Origin: an uncultured Rickettsiales bacterium
GTDB lineage: Bacteria > Pseudomonadota > Alphaproteobacteria > Micavibrionales > GCA-2720935
DNA: 64,000 bases
Reading direction: 5' to 3'
Assembly: GCA_950054255.1 (NCBI GenBank)
Contig: CATLOR010000001.1
Location: forward strand, 583,589-647,588
Shown here: positions 25,996 to 35,400 of the stretch, in pieces
Layout: each line of letters starts with the position of its first letter
How positions within the stretch are numbered: position 1 is the stretch's first letter
Position numbers and translations under genes: made by a program
Notes under the pieces: model-generated
Told to the model about the DNA's origin: nothing
What the model saw: only the letters and a program-made list of their open reading frames with translations
Databases searched by the model: none

Positions 25996-27712
25996 GTGAG
26001 TCCTTTGCGAGTACGTCCTTTGTAAATTCACCATCTTTAAAGCCTAAACATACGGCTTCAGTATTTAAGCGATAGCCTATAATATCATTGAAATCGAGTT
26101 TTTGGAACTCTGGATAGTGCCACCACCATGCATAAAAATGGTGTGGGTAGAGATAGAATTCAAGTTTTGAGGGCTGTTTTTCAAGTATGAAACGATGATG
26201 CCTTTGAAAAAAAGCATTTATTTTTTTATAGACACGTTCATCTTTTAAAATATTTTCTTCGTAATATTGAGAGGGATTGTAATTTTCTACCATATAGGGA
26301 TGGTCTTTTGCGTGTTCTTCGCTCATCCAAAGTTTGCAGTTATTTGCAGAGTGCATTCTTTCTGCTGAGCTTGTTGCCGCCATTGTTAAAGAATCAAAGT
26401 AAAAAGGACGGCGTCTTGTTTGTGTCCCCCATAATGTACCTTGCCCGATCAGACCTGAAGCTGACCAAAAATAAGAGAGCGGTAGAGGTACTATTTCATT
26501 GTTCTTTGTGATCGCTTCTATGTGATAACGATTAAATCCTTTTGTATCAAACCAGCCTAAGCGCGCGACAAAGAAAAGCATTGGCGCACATAAAACTACA
26601 AGGCATAGACCGTTTTTGAAATCGTTTGAAAGCTGTTTATTTCCAAAGGCTGTTAGCCCAATAACAATAGATGTATTTAATAAAATCCATTTCCAAAAAA
26701 AGATCCCAGTCGTTAAGAAGATGACAATATGCATGATGTCAAAGAAGAGCGTAATGAATAAGGTTGCTCTCACATTCCTTAGGATAAATAAAGACATGAG
26801 CTGGCTTATTAGGACGAGAATATTGAGAATAACATACCCTTTATCAAGGAATTGATATGTTAGTTTACTTAATGTTTCATTGAAACTAAGCGGGAAGAGC
26901 CCTAATTGATCATTTGTTAAGAGTAAATATTGGGTGTAATTCTCCGTTACCCAGTAAAAAGGATTTAAGCTATCAGGCGATAAAATGATTTTTTGCCAGC
27001 CAGAATAAAAATAATTAGACAGATGTACCGCGATCGCAAAGAAGGCAACATATTCCAGAAAATGTAATTTTTTATCAGAATACGATGTTAGTTCTTTTTC
27101 TATAGTATTGATATTTAAAGAGAATATGGTTTTTTTAGATTTTAAACGCTCACACAGACCGAGTATAATAAAAGCACAAATAAAAATTAGTCCCATTTCT
27201 GAAATATTGCCAAAATCTTCTAAGAAAAGGCGGTATCCAAAAACTTCACTTAGATCAGCTTTCTTCCAATTCATAAATAAAAGAGGGAAGCAAGCAAAGA
27301 TAGGGCGCCAAAATCCAACGATAAAACAAAGCAAAGTAGCTATAGGGATGAGATAAAGCTCTACTGCAATTTGAGCGCTGATTTCTTCGTACAGAAAAGG
27401 ACTGCGTGCAGTGATAATGTAAAAACTGGCCATGGCGCTTGATATATAGATCAAGGGAGGCATGATTTTAGGAAGATCCGATTTCTTTATCGAGAAAGCA
27501 ATATATCCTATGAGGGCGAGCACAAGACTTGCAAAAATGTGATTACTCTCACTCCAGCGATAATTTAAAAGGCAGGGTTTTAGAGCTGTAAAAAGAATCA
27601 AAAGACTAAGAATCGATAATAAAATCGTGTGGTTTTTATAAGAAAAGTCATCAACATATGTCGATTTCAAGTGTTTTGAGTAAGTTACAACAGGATCAAA
27701 CAGATGCAGCAT
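25976..27712 (-). CDS. Polytopic membrane protein of unknown function with a ~170-aa soluble C-terminal region
   Basis: It is 578 aa. Many hydrophobic segments fill the first ~400 aa, and I recognised no catalytic motif. It is translationally coupled to the DCC gene. Confidence 0.6.
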   Translation of the reverse strand: MLHLFDPVVTYSKHLKSTYVDDFSYKNHTILLSILSLLILFTALKPCLLNYRWSESNHIFASLVLALIGYIAFSIKKSDLPKIMPPLIYISSAMASFYIITARSPFLYEEISAQIAVELYLIPIATLLCFIVGFWRPIFACFPLLFMNWKKADLSEVFGYRLFLEDFGNISEMGLIFICAFIILGLCERLKSKKTIFSLNINTIEKELTSYSDKKLHFLEYVAFFAIAVHLSNYFYSGWQKIILSPDSLNPFYWVTENYTQYLLLTNDQLGLFPLSFNETLSKLTYQFLDKGYVILNILVLISQLMSLFILRNVRATLFITLFFDIMHIVIFLTTGIFFWKWILLNTSIVIGLTAFGNKQLSNDFKNGLCLVVLCAPMLFFVARLGWFDTKGFNRYHIEAITKNNEIVPLPLSYFWSASGLIGQGTLWGTQTRRRPFYFDSLTMAATSSAERMHSANNCKLWMSEEHAKDHPYMVENYNPSQYYEENILKDERVYKKINAFFQRHHRFILEKQPSKLEFYLYPHHFYAWWWHYPEFQKLDFNDIIGYRLNTEAVCLGFKDGEFTKDVLAKDSHDIFVK

Positions 27713-27814
27713 GCCTTATATTCCTTATGTTTTTTAGAAATTATATTTTTATTTAGGATAAATATGCACCAATTGCAAATAATGAATTGAGAATTGTTAA
27801 AAGCCTTGATAAGA

Positions 27815-27842
27815 TTCTTGTGCTTTAAGTGTTACTTATAAT
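27815..27842 (+). promoter_or_regulatory. Candidate sigma-70-type promoter for the stator/T1SS locus
   Basis: TTCTTG (27815-27820) is followed by a 16-nt spacer and TATAAT (27837-27842), 20 nt before the ATG at 27862. This is a sequence match only. Confidence 0.3.
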
Positions 27843-27861
27843 CTGATATGCGCAAGAAATA

Positions 27862-29310
27862 ATGATTAAAAATCTTAGAAAAAATGTAAGACTTCTTAGA
27901 AGTGGGAAGCGAAACAATAGACATTTGGGTGATCTAGATACACGTCTTTTGTCATTTGTTACGCCTGCAATGATTACAGTATTATTGATTGTCATCTATA
28001 TTGTTTCGACTTCTATTGATACATTAAGACAATATTACGAAACAAACATTGTTTTGAATGGCTTGATTATTGGTACATTGATCTTCACCATTGGTCTCGT
28101 CTTTAGTAATTTGATTGATCTATATAAGGCAGCACGCTTTTTAAAGTCTATTGATGAAAAAACGGTAGATGGCGATGCAAGCGATCAAGATATCGACCAG
28201 TTTCATGCGCAATTAAGAACACGCGGTAAGATCCTTAATATTAGTAATATGCATGATGCGATCGATCGTATTCGTAATTTCTCTGTAATTCAATTCACAG
28301 ATAATGATGCGCGTATTATTAAGTCTAAGCTTGGATTTAGAATGAACCTTGGTAGAGGCGGTGTTGGCTTCTTGGCGGGCCTTCTCGTTATGTTGGGGCT
28401 ACTTGGTACGTTCTTGGGTCTATTGAAAACGATTGATGCGGTGGGTGTCGCGATGGGCAGTATGTCCAATCTTGGTGCTGATGGCGGTATGGAAAGTTTC
28501 ATTGAATCGATTTCTGCTCCGTTACAAGGGATGGGTCTTGCGTTTAGTTCGTCGTTATTTGGTCTGTCAGGGTCTTTATTGTCTGGGTTTTTTAATTATC
28601 TCTCAAATGGTGCTCAAAACAGATTTATTGAGGATGCTGGACGTTGGATTGATAATAGAATTCCAAAGTTTGACGCTTCAAAAGTCCCGGATAAAGAAGT
28701 TAAAAAAGCGCCAAGCAAAGATGATATGCAATCATGGTTGTTGGGCTATGTTTATTTGGCGAATAAAACAAATAAAAGATTGGGGAGTTTGTTTGGTGCG
28801 TTGAGTGATTTAACGGATCAGACCAAAAAAGCATCTGAAAAAACGGACCAAGTTGTCGCTGTTGGGCAAGGCTCTAACGAGATTTTGGGTAAAATTGCTA
28901 CAGATTTAAGTGGACGTCAAGAAACGATGAAGAATATGGAAAGTCTGGTTGGTCAAGTCGGGCGTAATATTCAGGATATGACGCAAGTGAACATTGAGTC
29001 TAAATCCCTTCTATCGCAAATTGATACACGTTTTGAAAGTTTCCAGACGGACACGTCTAAAGAAAAAGCACAGTTGAAAGAGCTTTTAGGTCAGATTCAA
29101 ATGATGCGCAAAGTTGGGATCAAATTTGGAACAATACAAAAGACGCTAACCGATGAGCTTGGTGTTTTGGCTGTGGCTATGAAAGATCAATCAGGTGATC
29201 GTCATGCCGTTTTGAATGCGCTTAATGGTATTCAAAAAACACTAGAGAAAACAGCTCATGAACAAAAGAAAGAGAGTGCCCTTTCTAAAAAGAAAGGAAG
29301 TAGTCTTTAA
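27862..29310 (+). CDS. MotA/ExbB/TolQ-family proton-channel protein with a long C-terminal coiled-coil tail
   Basis: It is 482 aa. Two N-terminal TM segments, a ~80-aa loop and two further TM segments carry the family motifs GLLVMLGLLGTFLGLL and GMGLAFSSSLFGLSGSL. About 230 further residues are hydrophilic and heptad-like. Confidence 0.7.
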   Translation: MIKNLRKNVRLLRSGKRNNRHLGDLDTRLLSFVTPAMITVLLIVIYIVSTSIDTLRQYYETNIVLNGLIIGTLIFTIGLVFSNLIDLYKAARFLKSIDEKTVDGDASDQDIDQFHAQLRTRGKILNISNMHDAIDRIRNFSVIQFTDNDARIIKSKLGFRMNLGRGGVGFLAGLLVMLGLLGTFLGLLKTIDAVGVAMGSMSNLGADGGMESFIESISAPLQGMGLAFSSSLFGLSGSLLSGFFNYLSNGAQNRFIEDAGRWIDNRIPKFDASKVPDKEVKKAPSKDDMQSWLLGYVYLANKTNKRLGSLFGALSDLTDQTKKASEKTDQVVAVGQGSNEILGKIATDLSGRQETMKNMESLVGQVGRNIQDMTQVNIESKSLLSQIDTRFESFQTDTSKEKAQLKELLGQIQMMRKVGIKFGTIQKTLTDELGVLAVAMKDQSGDRHAVLNALNGIQKTLEKTAHEQKKESALSKKKGSSL

Positions 29311-30008
29311 TGTCGGGTGACAGCGAAAGTGACTTATCAGCGATTGCGTGGCCAGGGTTCGTGGATATTTTGTCTGCGGTTATTATCATGTTCGTCTTCT
29401 TCGTTTTGATTATTGCCGTTGTTCTTTATTTCCATGTTATTACATATAAGGCTAAGGTACAGACAGACGCGGTTAATCTTGCGATGGAGGCTGTCACTGA
29501 GTTAGAGATTGAAGATCCTAAGGCTGCTGGTGCGCCGCCTCCTACAGATGATCTCGTACAACAGGTTATCACTTTGCAGGTACGTAATGAGGCGTTAGAG
29601 CAAACAATCACAGATTTAAAAAAGTTGATGCAATCTCACGCGGAGTTCTCTGAATCTGAAAACCAGACATTTGAAGAGAATGTTGAAGAGGCACGTTTTG
29701 TGGTGTTTTTTGGGATCGATACGATTACTTTAACAGAAGATTCATTTAAAGCGTTGGAATCATTTGTCGAAAAGGTTTCGAATCGCTATAATCTTAGTGA
29801 ATCTCGAGCCGTTATTTATGGAGGTGTTGACGATAATGCCCGTCAGCCTACAGCTTCTAAGAAACTTGCTGTTGCTAGAATGCTGAATGCTAGAAACGTA
29901 TTATTGAAAACAGATCTACCAAAAGATGAAATTTCAGTGAAAATTGATGCTGGTCGAGAGATAGAAGAAGAGTTTAACTGGGTTGAGGTTGTAATAGAAC
30001 CTAAATAG
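29310..30008 (+). CDS. MotB-like protein with a single TM segment and a C-terminal OmpA-like peptidoglycan-binding domain
   Basis: It is 232 aa. WPGFVDILSAVIIMFVFFVLI places an Asp (D19, codon 29364-29366) at the cytoplasmic end of the TM segment, as in MotB/ExbD/TolR. The C-terminus ...GGVDDNARQPTASKKLAVARMLNARNVL is OmpA-like. The start overlaps the upstream stop by 1 nt (TAATG). Confidence 0.7.
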   Translation: MSGDSESDLSAIAWPGFVDILSAVIIMFVFFVLIIAVVLYFHVITYKAKVQTDAVNLAMEAVTELEIEDPKAAGAPPPTDDLVQQVITLQVRNEALEQTITDLKKLMQSHAEFSESENQTFEENVEEARFVVFFGIDTITLTEDSFKALESFVEKVSNRYNLSESRAVIYGGVDDNARQPTASKKLAVARMLNARNVLLKTDLPKDEISVKIDAGREIEEEFNWVEVVIEPK

Positions 30009-30017
30009 TTGAGTGGT

Positions 30018-31355
30018 ATGTTTTTTTTAAGACCAATTATAAATATAAGCATCATAGCGTGCGTTGCCTATATGTGCGCGTTTGGTGTTAATTCAGCTAA
30101 AGCTGAGCAAGCTGCAGGCTTTGAGTTGTCGCTTCCATCAGCAATTTTATTTGCATTGAATAATAACCCAGATGTTCAAATTTCTGAGGAAAGAGAAGAA
30201 CAAGGCTATTACTCAATTGAAGAGATCCGTGCTGATTTATATCCTCAAATTCAGATGGCAGCAGATATTGGTTTGCAATATAATGATCCTGCAACAGGGT
30301 TTACACCGTCTACTGGTAATATTAGAACATCAACAGAGGTGAGTTTTACAATTCAGCAGATTCTTTTTGATGGGTTTAGGACGTTAGAAAATATCAATCA
30401 ACAACACGCAACAAATAAATCGCTTTCTTATGAAACAGATGTTTTGACGCGTGATGTTATTTTAGAAGTGGTGACGGCCTATCTTAATATATTACAAGGG
30501 CAAAAAACACTGCGTGCTCAAGAGCGCTTAGTTGATCGTATCTCTGACTTGGTTTCAAAGATAGAGTTGCAATTCGAGGCTGGGGCGGCGAGTAAGACGG
30601 AGCTTGATTATGCATCGTCTCGTTTGCTTTTTGCGCAATCTCAATTAACAAATGTACGCTCAACTTTGAATGATTCTATTAGTGAGTTGGAGTCTCAGAC
30701 AGGTGCTTTGCCTGAATTTGTGACATTGGAACCAGAGTTTTTGTATGCTCAGAAAACGGAGCTTCAATCTTATTTGAACTATATGTTTAAGAATAATGCT
30801 GATTTCAAAGCGAACCAGTATAAAAAAAGAGCTTTAGAACATAAATATTATACAGAAGAAGCTGCGCGTTACCCGTCATTTAACGCACAAGTTGGTGGTA
30901 AGCAGACAACAGATGATGGCGGTGCTTCTGGTATGTATCGGGAATTTGAGGCGAGTGTTAAGATGAGCTACAAGATTTTTGATGGTCATTTACTGGATGC
31001 TACGCAAGATAAAATTATGTCGCAAATGCGTGAATTGGAATATACCGATTTAACTTTGGCAAAAGATTTGCGCCGTGATGCCGAACAGTTGTATAATCAA
31101 CTCGAATCAGTTGAAGATAATTTGCGTATTAATGCCGATGAGATTGCGACAAATGAGGTGCTGCAAGCACTGAATAGGAAAAATTTCGAATCAGGCTCTA
31201 TTGATATTATCGAATTGATCGAAGGAGAAGAGAGATTAGTTGATTCATTGTCTAGAAAATATGGCTTTGTGACAGATATTTATCGCAATACATATGAATT
31301 ATTACTTCTGGTCGGTGTATTAGATAAAACTTATTTTTGTAAAAGTTGTGAGTGA
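30018..31355 (+). CDS. TolC-family outer-membrane factor
   Basis: It is ~445 aa with a signal peptide. It has a two-fold internal repeat of long helical segments. N-terminal SLPSAILFALNNNPDV is typical of the start of OMF proteins. A TTG at 30009 directly abuts the upstream stop. Confidence 0.85.
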   Translation: MFFLRPIINISIIACVAYMCAFGVNSAKAEQAAGFELSLPSAILFALNNNPDVQISEEREEQGYYSIEEIRADLYPQIQMAADIGLQYNDPATGFTPSTGNIRTSTEVSFTIQQILFDGFRTLENINQQHATNKSLSYETDVLTRDVILEVVTAYLNILQGQKTLRAQERLVDRISDLVSKIELQFEAGAASKTELDYASSRLLFAQSQLTNVRSTLNDSISELESQTGALPEFVTLEPEFLYAQKTELQSYLNYMFKNNADFKANQYKKRALEHKYYTEEAARYPSFNAQVGGKQTTDDGGASGMYREFEASVKMSYKIFDGHLLDATQDKIMSQMRELEYTDLTLAKDLRRDAEQLYNQLESVEDNLRINADEIATNEVLQALNRKNFESGSIDIIELIEGEERLVDSLSRKYGFVTDIYRNTYELLLLVGVLDKTYFCKSCE

Positions 31356-31363
31356 TTTATTTC

Positions 31364-32281
31364 ATGAAGAAAAAGATAAACAAAAAGACATTATTTAATT
31401 GGGCTAAAAAGAGCGCGATTGTTTCTCTTTTTTCTGTGTTGATCTTATCTTCTTCAGTTTCTAGAGCATCTTGGAACCCTTTAGAAAAAGTGGAAGGGCA
31501 ATGCTTTAGTTACAAGTCTATAGATGCTGTTGGGGAGTTCTTTATTTATACAGAGGAAAAAGGGTTTAACTTTGTTTTAGCCTCTGAAACAGCATTAAAA
31601 TTAACGGGTGAAGACGACCTTGTTGCCTTCATTAAAAAAGACGGTTTCGCAGACTATTTTGATCTTATTCAATACGAAGATGATATTGTTAATTTTTCTG
31701 TTCCGTTAAGTTATTTTGAACAAAATGATTACCGCGATATTGCGAATGTGTTCTTTTATGTTGGTGATACGTACGAAAAATTAATTCCATTTGATATTCC
31801 TGCAGCAACATTTGCAGCACTTAATGCTTGTGAAGGGTTGCATGGTAAAGAAAAGTTCTTGGATAACCCTATGTTTTTTAACGAAAATGACGTAGCGGAA
31901 GCTGTGATTGAAGAGCAAAGATCTCCGTATGACTTTTCTAGGTTGCCTGCAAAAGAATTGCCTGACGCTGAATTAGCGCATGAGCAAACGTTAGAATATG
32001 TACAAACCCAAGAAAATGAAGGGCAAGATGTGGTTTTGGAAGACAAAGATGTTCCTTTCTTTGAAGAAGTACAGCGCCACATGCAAAAAAATATTTTTAT
32101 TCCAGTTGAATCAAGTATCACTGACGTTGACATAAGTTTAAACGAACAGCTTGAAATCATTGATTCTTTGACTGAAAAAATTAAACTTTTAGAGGTTGAA
32201 AAAGAGTTTCTACGTAAAAAGTTGGATTCTCAAGGTGATGAAATCATAAATGTAGTTGCCGATTCCTCAGAAAAGTCATAA
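31364..32281 (+). CDS. Exported protein of unknown function embedded in the T1SS locus
   Basis: It is ~305 aa with a basic N-terminus and a hydrophobic signal (AIVSLFSVLILSSSVSRA). The central region is acidic and the C-terminus is a coiled coil. I recognised no motifs. A GTG at 31352 would overlap the TolC-like stop. Confidence 0.55.
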   Translation: MKKKINKKTLFNWAKKSAIVSLFSVLILSSSVSRASWNPLEKVEGQCFSYKSIDAVGEFFIYTEEKGFNFVLASETALKLTGEDDLVAFIKKDGFADYFDLIQYEDDIVNFSVPLSYFEQNDYRDIANVFFYVGDTYEKLIPFDIPAATFAALNACEGLHGKEKFLDNPMFFNENDVAEAVIEEQRSPYDFSRLPAKELPDAELAHEQTLEYVQTQENEGQDVVLEDKDVPFFEEVQRHMQKNIFIPVESSITDVDISLNEQLEIIDSLTEKIKLLEVEKEFLRKKLDSQGDEIINVVADSSEKS

Positions 32282-32412
32282 GATACACTATATATCCGTT
32301 CGGGTATTTCTTAACTATTTCTTTCTTTTTGTGTGTCATACTTATTGATAATAGGACAGTTACGTCCCGATCTTAAAAGGACACAAGAATAGTTTTCGAG
32401 GAGCTGTAAGCA

Positions 32413-35400
32413 ATGAAAGACATACAAATGCCACAATCTGGCACCGAAGAAATGGTGGTCATTCAACCTGGTGAACACATTAATATTGTCGGTGTTTCTT
32501 TTGATCAAGTAAGTGTTGATATTGTTGGTACGGACATTGTGATCTTTAACGAAGCTGCTGGATCTAAGCTTGTATTCCCAGGTATGGGGCTTCTGATCTT
32601 TGAGCAAAGCTTGGCGCCTGAAATTTCTTTTGGTGGTGAATCTGTTGGTGTTAATAAGTTTGTATCTCGCGTTGGTGAGGTTGGTAACTTAACAGTAAAA
32701 GACTTTATCGCTATTTCGAGTATTTTGCCTCAGAAATCAGATTCTGAAGAAGAAAATTTACAAAGCGCTGAAGTTGATGCTAAGTCTGAAAAACAGCAAG
32801 AAACAGTAGCATCTTCTAGTTCAGCTCCAACAGAAGCACCTGTTGAGTCTCAATCTCAATCTTCTCAGAAAAAAGTTGAAGAAGATAAAGCGAAAACGAA
32901 AACACCGCCAAATGCGGTTGATGAAGAAGGGACATCGGATGGTACTTTTGAAGCTGTTGCTCAGTCTGATGGTGCGCCGCCTGCTTCTACAAATCCAAAT
33001 ATCTCTCCAACATTAGGGGAGGCGCCTGAAGAGCCAGTAACATCTCTTTCTATTGACGCGAATTTATTACAGGTTGCTGCTACTCAAGAAACACTGACTG
33101 TTGGTGCGCAAGATGTGCGCTTTATCTATGGTGGTGGTGGTTCAGCGACATCTTTCTTCGATCCTGAAAACCAACATCAATTCTCAACAGAAGCTATTGA
33201 TGCTTCTAATTCGTTATTATCAACGAACATTATTGCTGATAACCCAGATTATTATTCTGATGTACAAATGGCGCGTGTTCTACAGATTGAACCGACAGCG
33301 CCAGATGCTTTCTTTGTCACTGAAATCACGATTACAGGATTGCCTGATGGCTATGGTATTGTGGGACAAGAAAGACAAGAAGATGGTAGTTTCTTGATCG
33401 AAAACCCTGATTATACAGGACAAGGTGATATAAGATTTATTATCACATACCCGATCCCCGCATATGAATCATTTGTCTTAGAATTTGATTTTCTGGCTGA
33501 ATTTGATACACAATTCGCTGCTGATAACGGTATTCGAGCAACATCGATTACAGAGCTTGAGTTTTCTTTTGATCAAAAAGTTGAGCAAAATGATGTTTCT
33601 GGCCCAGATGATTTGAATTATACAGATATTGAAGGTGATTTCGTTTGGGTACTTGCAAATGCGCCAAATGACAACCGTATTGTTGGTTCAGCTCAAGATG
33701 ATGATATCACAGGTAATAGTGCTTCTGACTTTGTAACAGCAGGGGCTGGAAATGATATTGTTCGTGGTGGTGCAGGTGATGATACATTAGATGGTGAGGC
33801 TGGGAATGACACCTTAATTGGCGGTACAGGTTCTGATAGCTATATCGGTGGTGATGGCGTCGATGTTGTTGATTTCACAGACATAACAGCTGTTATTGAA
33901 GTTGATTTAAGTGATTTAAATGTTGATAATTTCGCTGTTATTGATATTGACCGTTTGGGCCCTGCGCCAGAACAAGATTTTATTAGAGAAGTTGAAAATA
34001 TTGACTCAGGGTCAGGAAGTGACGTCTTAACAGGGAATGCTTCTGATAACTATTTCCAAGGGAATGATGGGAATGATATTTTAGCGGGTCTTGGCGGTAA
34101 TGATATTTTAGATGGAGGAACAGGATCTGATACAGCAGATTACTCGAGAGAGGCGCAAGCTGTAACAGTTGATATGTCTTTGACAGTTGATCTTGAGAAT
34201 AAATTTGCAGTGATCGATTCTGAGACAAACCTTGATACTCTGATTAGCATTGAAAATATCATTGGTACAGATTTCGATGACTCTATTACAACAGATGAAA
34301 ATGATAACATTATTCAAGCAGGCTTAGGTGATGACTATATTAATGCTGGTGCTGGTGATGATACAATTGATGGTGGCGCTGGTGTTGATACATTGGATTA
34401 CTCTACATCAACAACGTCTGTTTCTATTGATTTAGGTGGGCCTCAGAACGGGAATGGTTATATTTCAGCCTCATCTGGTGTTGATAACGATCTTGTTATT
34501 AATGTTGAAAATATTATAGGGTCTCTTTTAAATGACAATATTTCTGGTGATGCGAATGACAACTTTCTTCGTGGACTAGATGGGTCTGATACACTACGTG
34601 GCGCGGATGGCGATGACACGATTGATGGTGGTATCGGTAGTGATTTAATTAATGGTGACGCTGGTGATGATACGATTATTGCGAGTATTGGTAGCGATGT
34701 TATTGATGGTGGTACAGGGTCTGATACGGTTGATTATTATAATTTAGCGACAATTAATCCTGGCGCTGAAGCTATTACAGTTTTACTGGATAATACAAAT
34801 GCTGTGACTGTGACAGTGATTAATGGTGATGATGATCAAATTCGTGGTGTTGAAAATATTCGCGGTACAACCTTTAATGACAATATCACAGGAGATGATG
34901 CGAATAACCATCTGCGTGGGATGGAGGGTGATGATACACTTTCTGGTCGTTTGGGCGATGATATCTTAGATGGTGGTGCAGGTATTGATACAGCTGATTA
35001 TACATTAGCGACAAGTGGTATTGATGTTGATTTGGCACTAAACACAGTCTTTGCTGATGGAGATGGTGGTAATGATACAATTATTTCGATCGAAAACATT
35101 CGTGGTTCTTCTTTTGATGATGTGATTTTAGGAAGTGGTAGCGCAGAAACATTAAGTGGTTTTGCGGGTAATGACCGTATTGCTGGCCGTGGTGGTAATG
35201 ATATCATTGATGGTGGTTTAGGGAATGATACAGTTGATTACGCAACACAGGCAAATGCTGTTATTGTTGATTTAATTGCTGGTACAGGACTGGATACGGT
35301 TGATTCTTCTGTAGATACATTGATTAGTATTGAAAATGTGATTGGTTCTGCGTTTGATGACCAAATTGTTACGGATGTTAACTTTAACGATATTAGAGCA

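Noticed and set aside
27862-30008. MotA/MotB-like pair as a Zorya (ZorAB) anti-phage system
   Set aside because: I have not excluded this, only disfavoured it. No ZorC/ZorD/ZorE-like genes follow. The pair is instead packed, with overlapping or abutting start and stop codons, against a TolC-like gene and a complete T1SS. This matches the SiiAB-type accessory role better.
32551-32562. EAAG motif (residues 47-50 of the giant protein) as a LapG-type dialanine cleavage site
   Set aside because: It lies too close to the N-terminus to follow a folded retention module. It also sits inside the conserved prefix-like segment, and no LapG/LapD-like genes are in the window.
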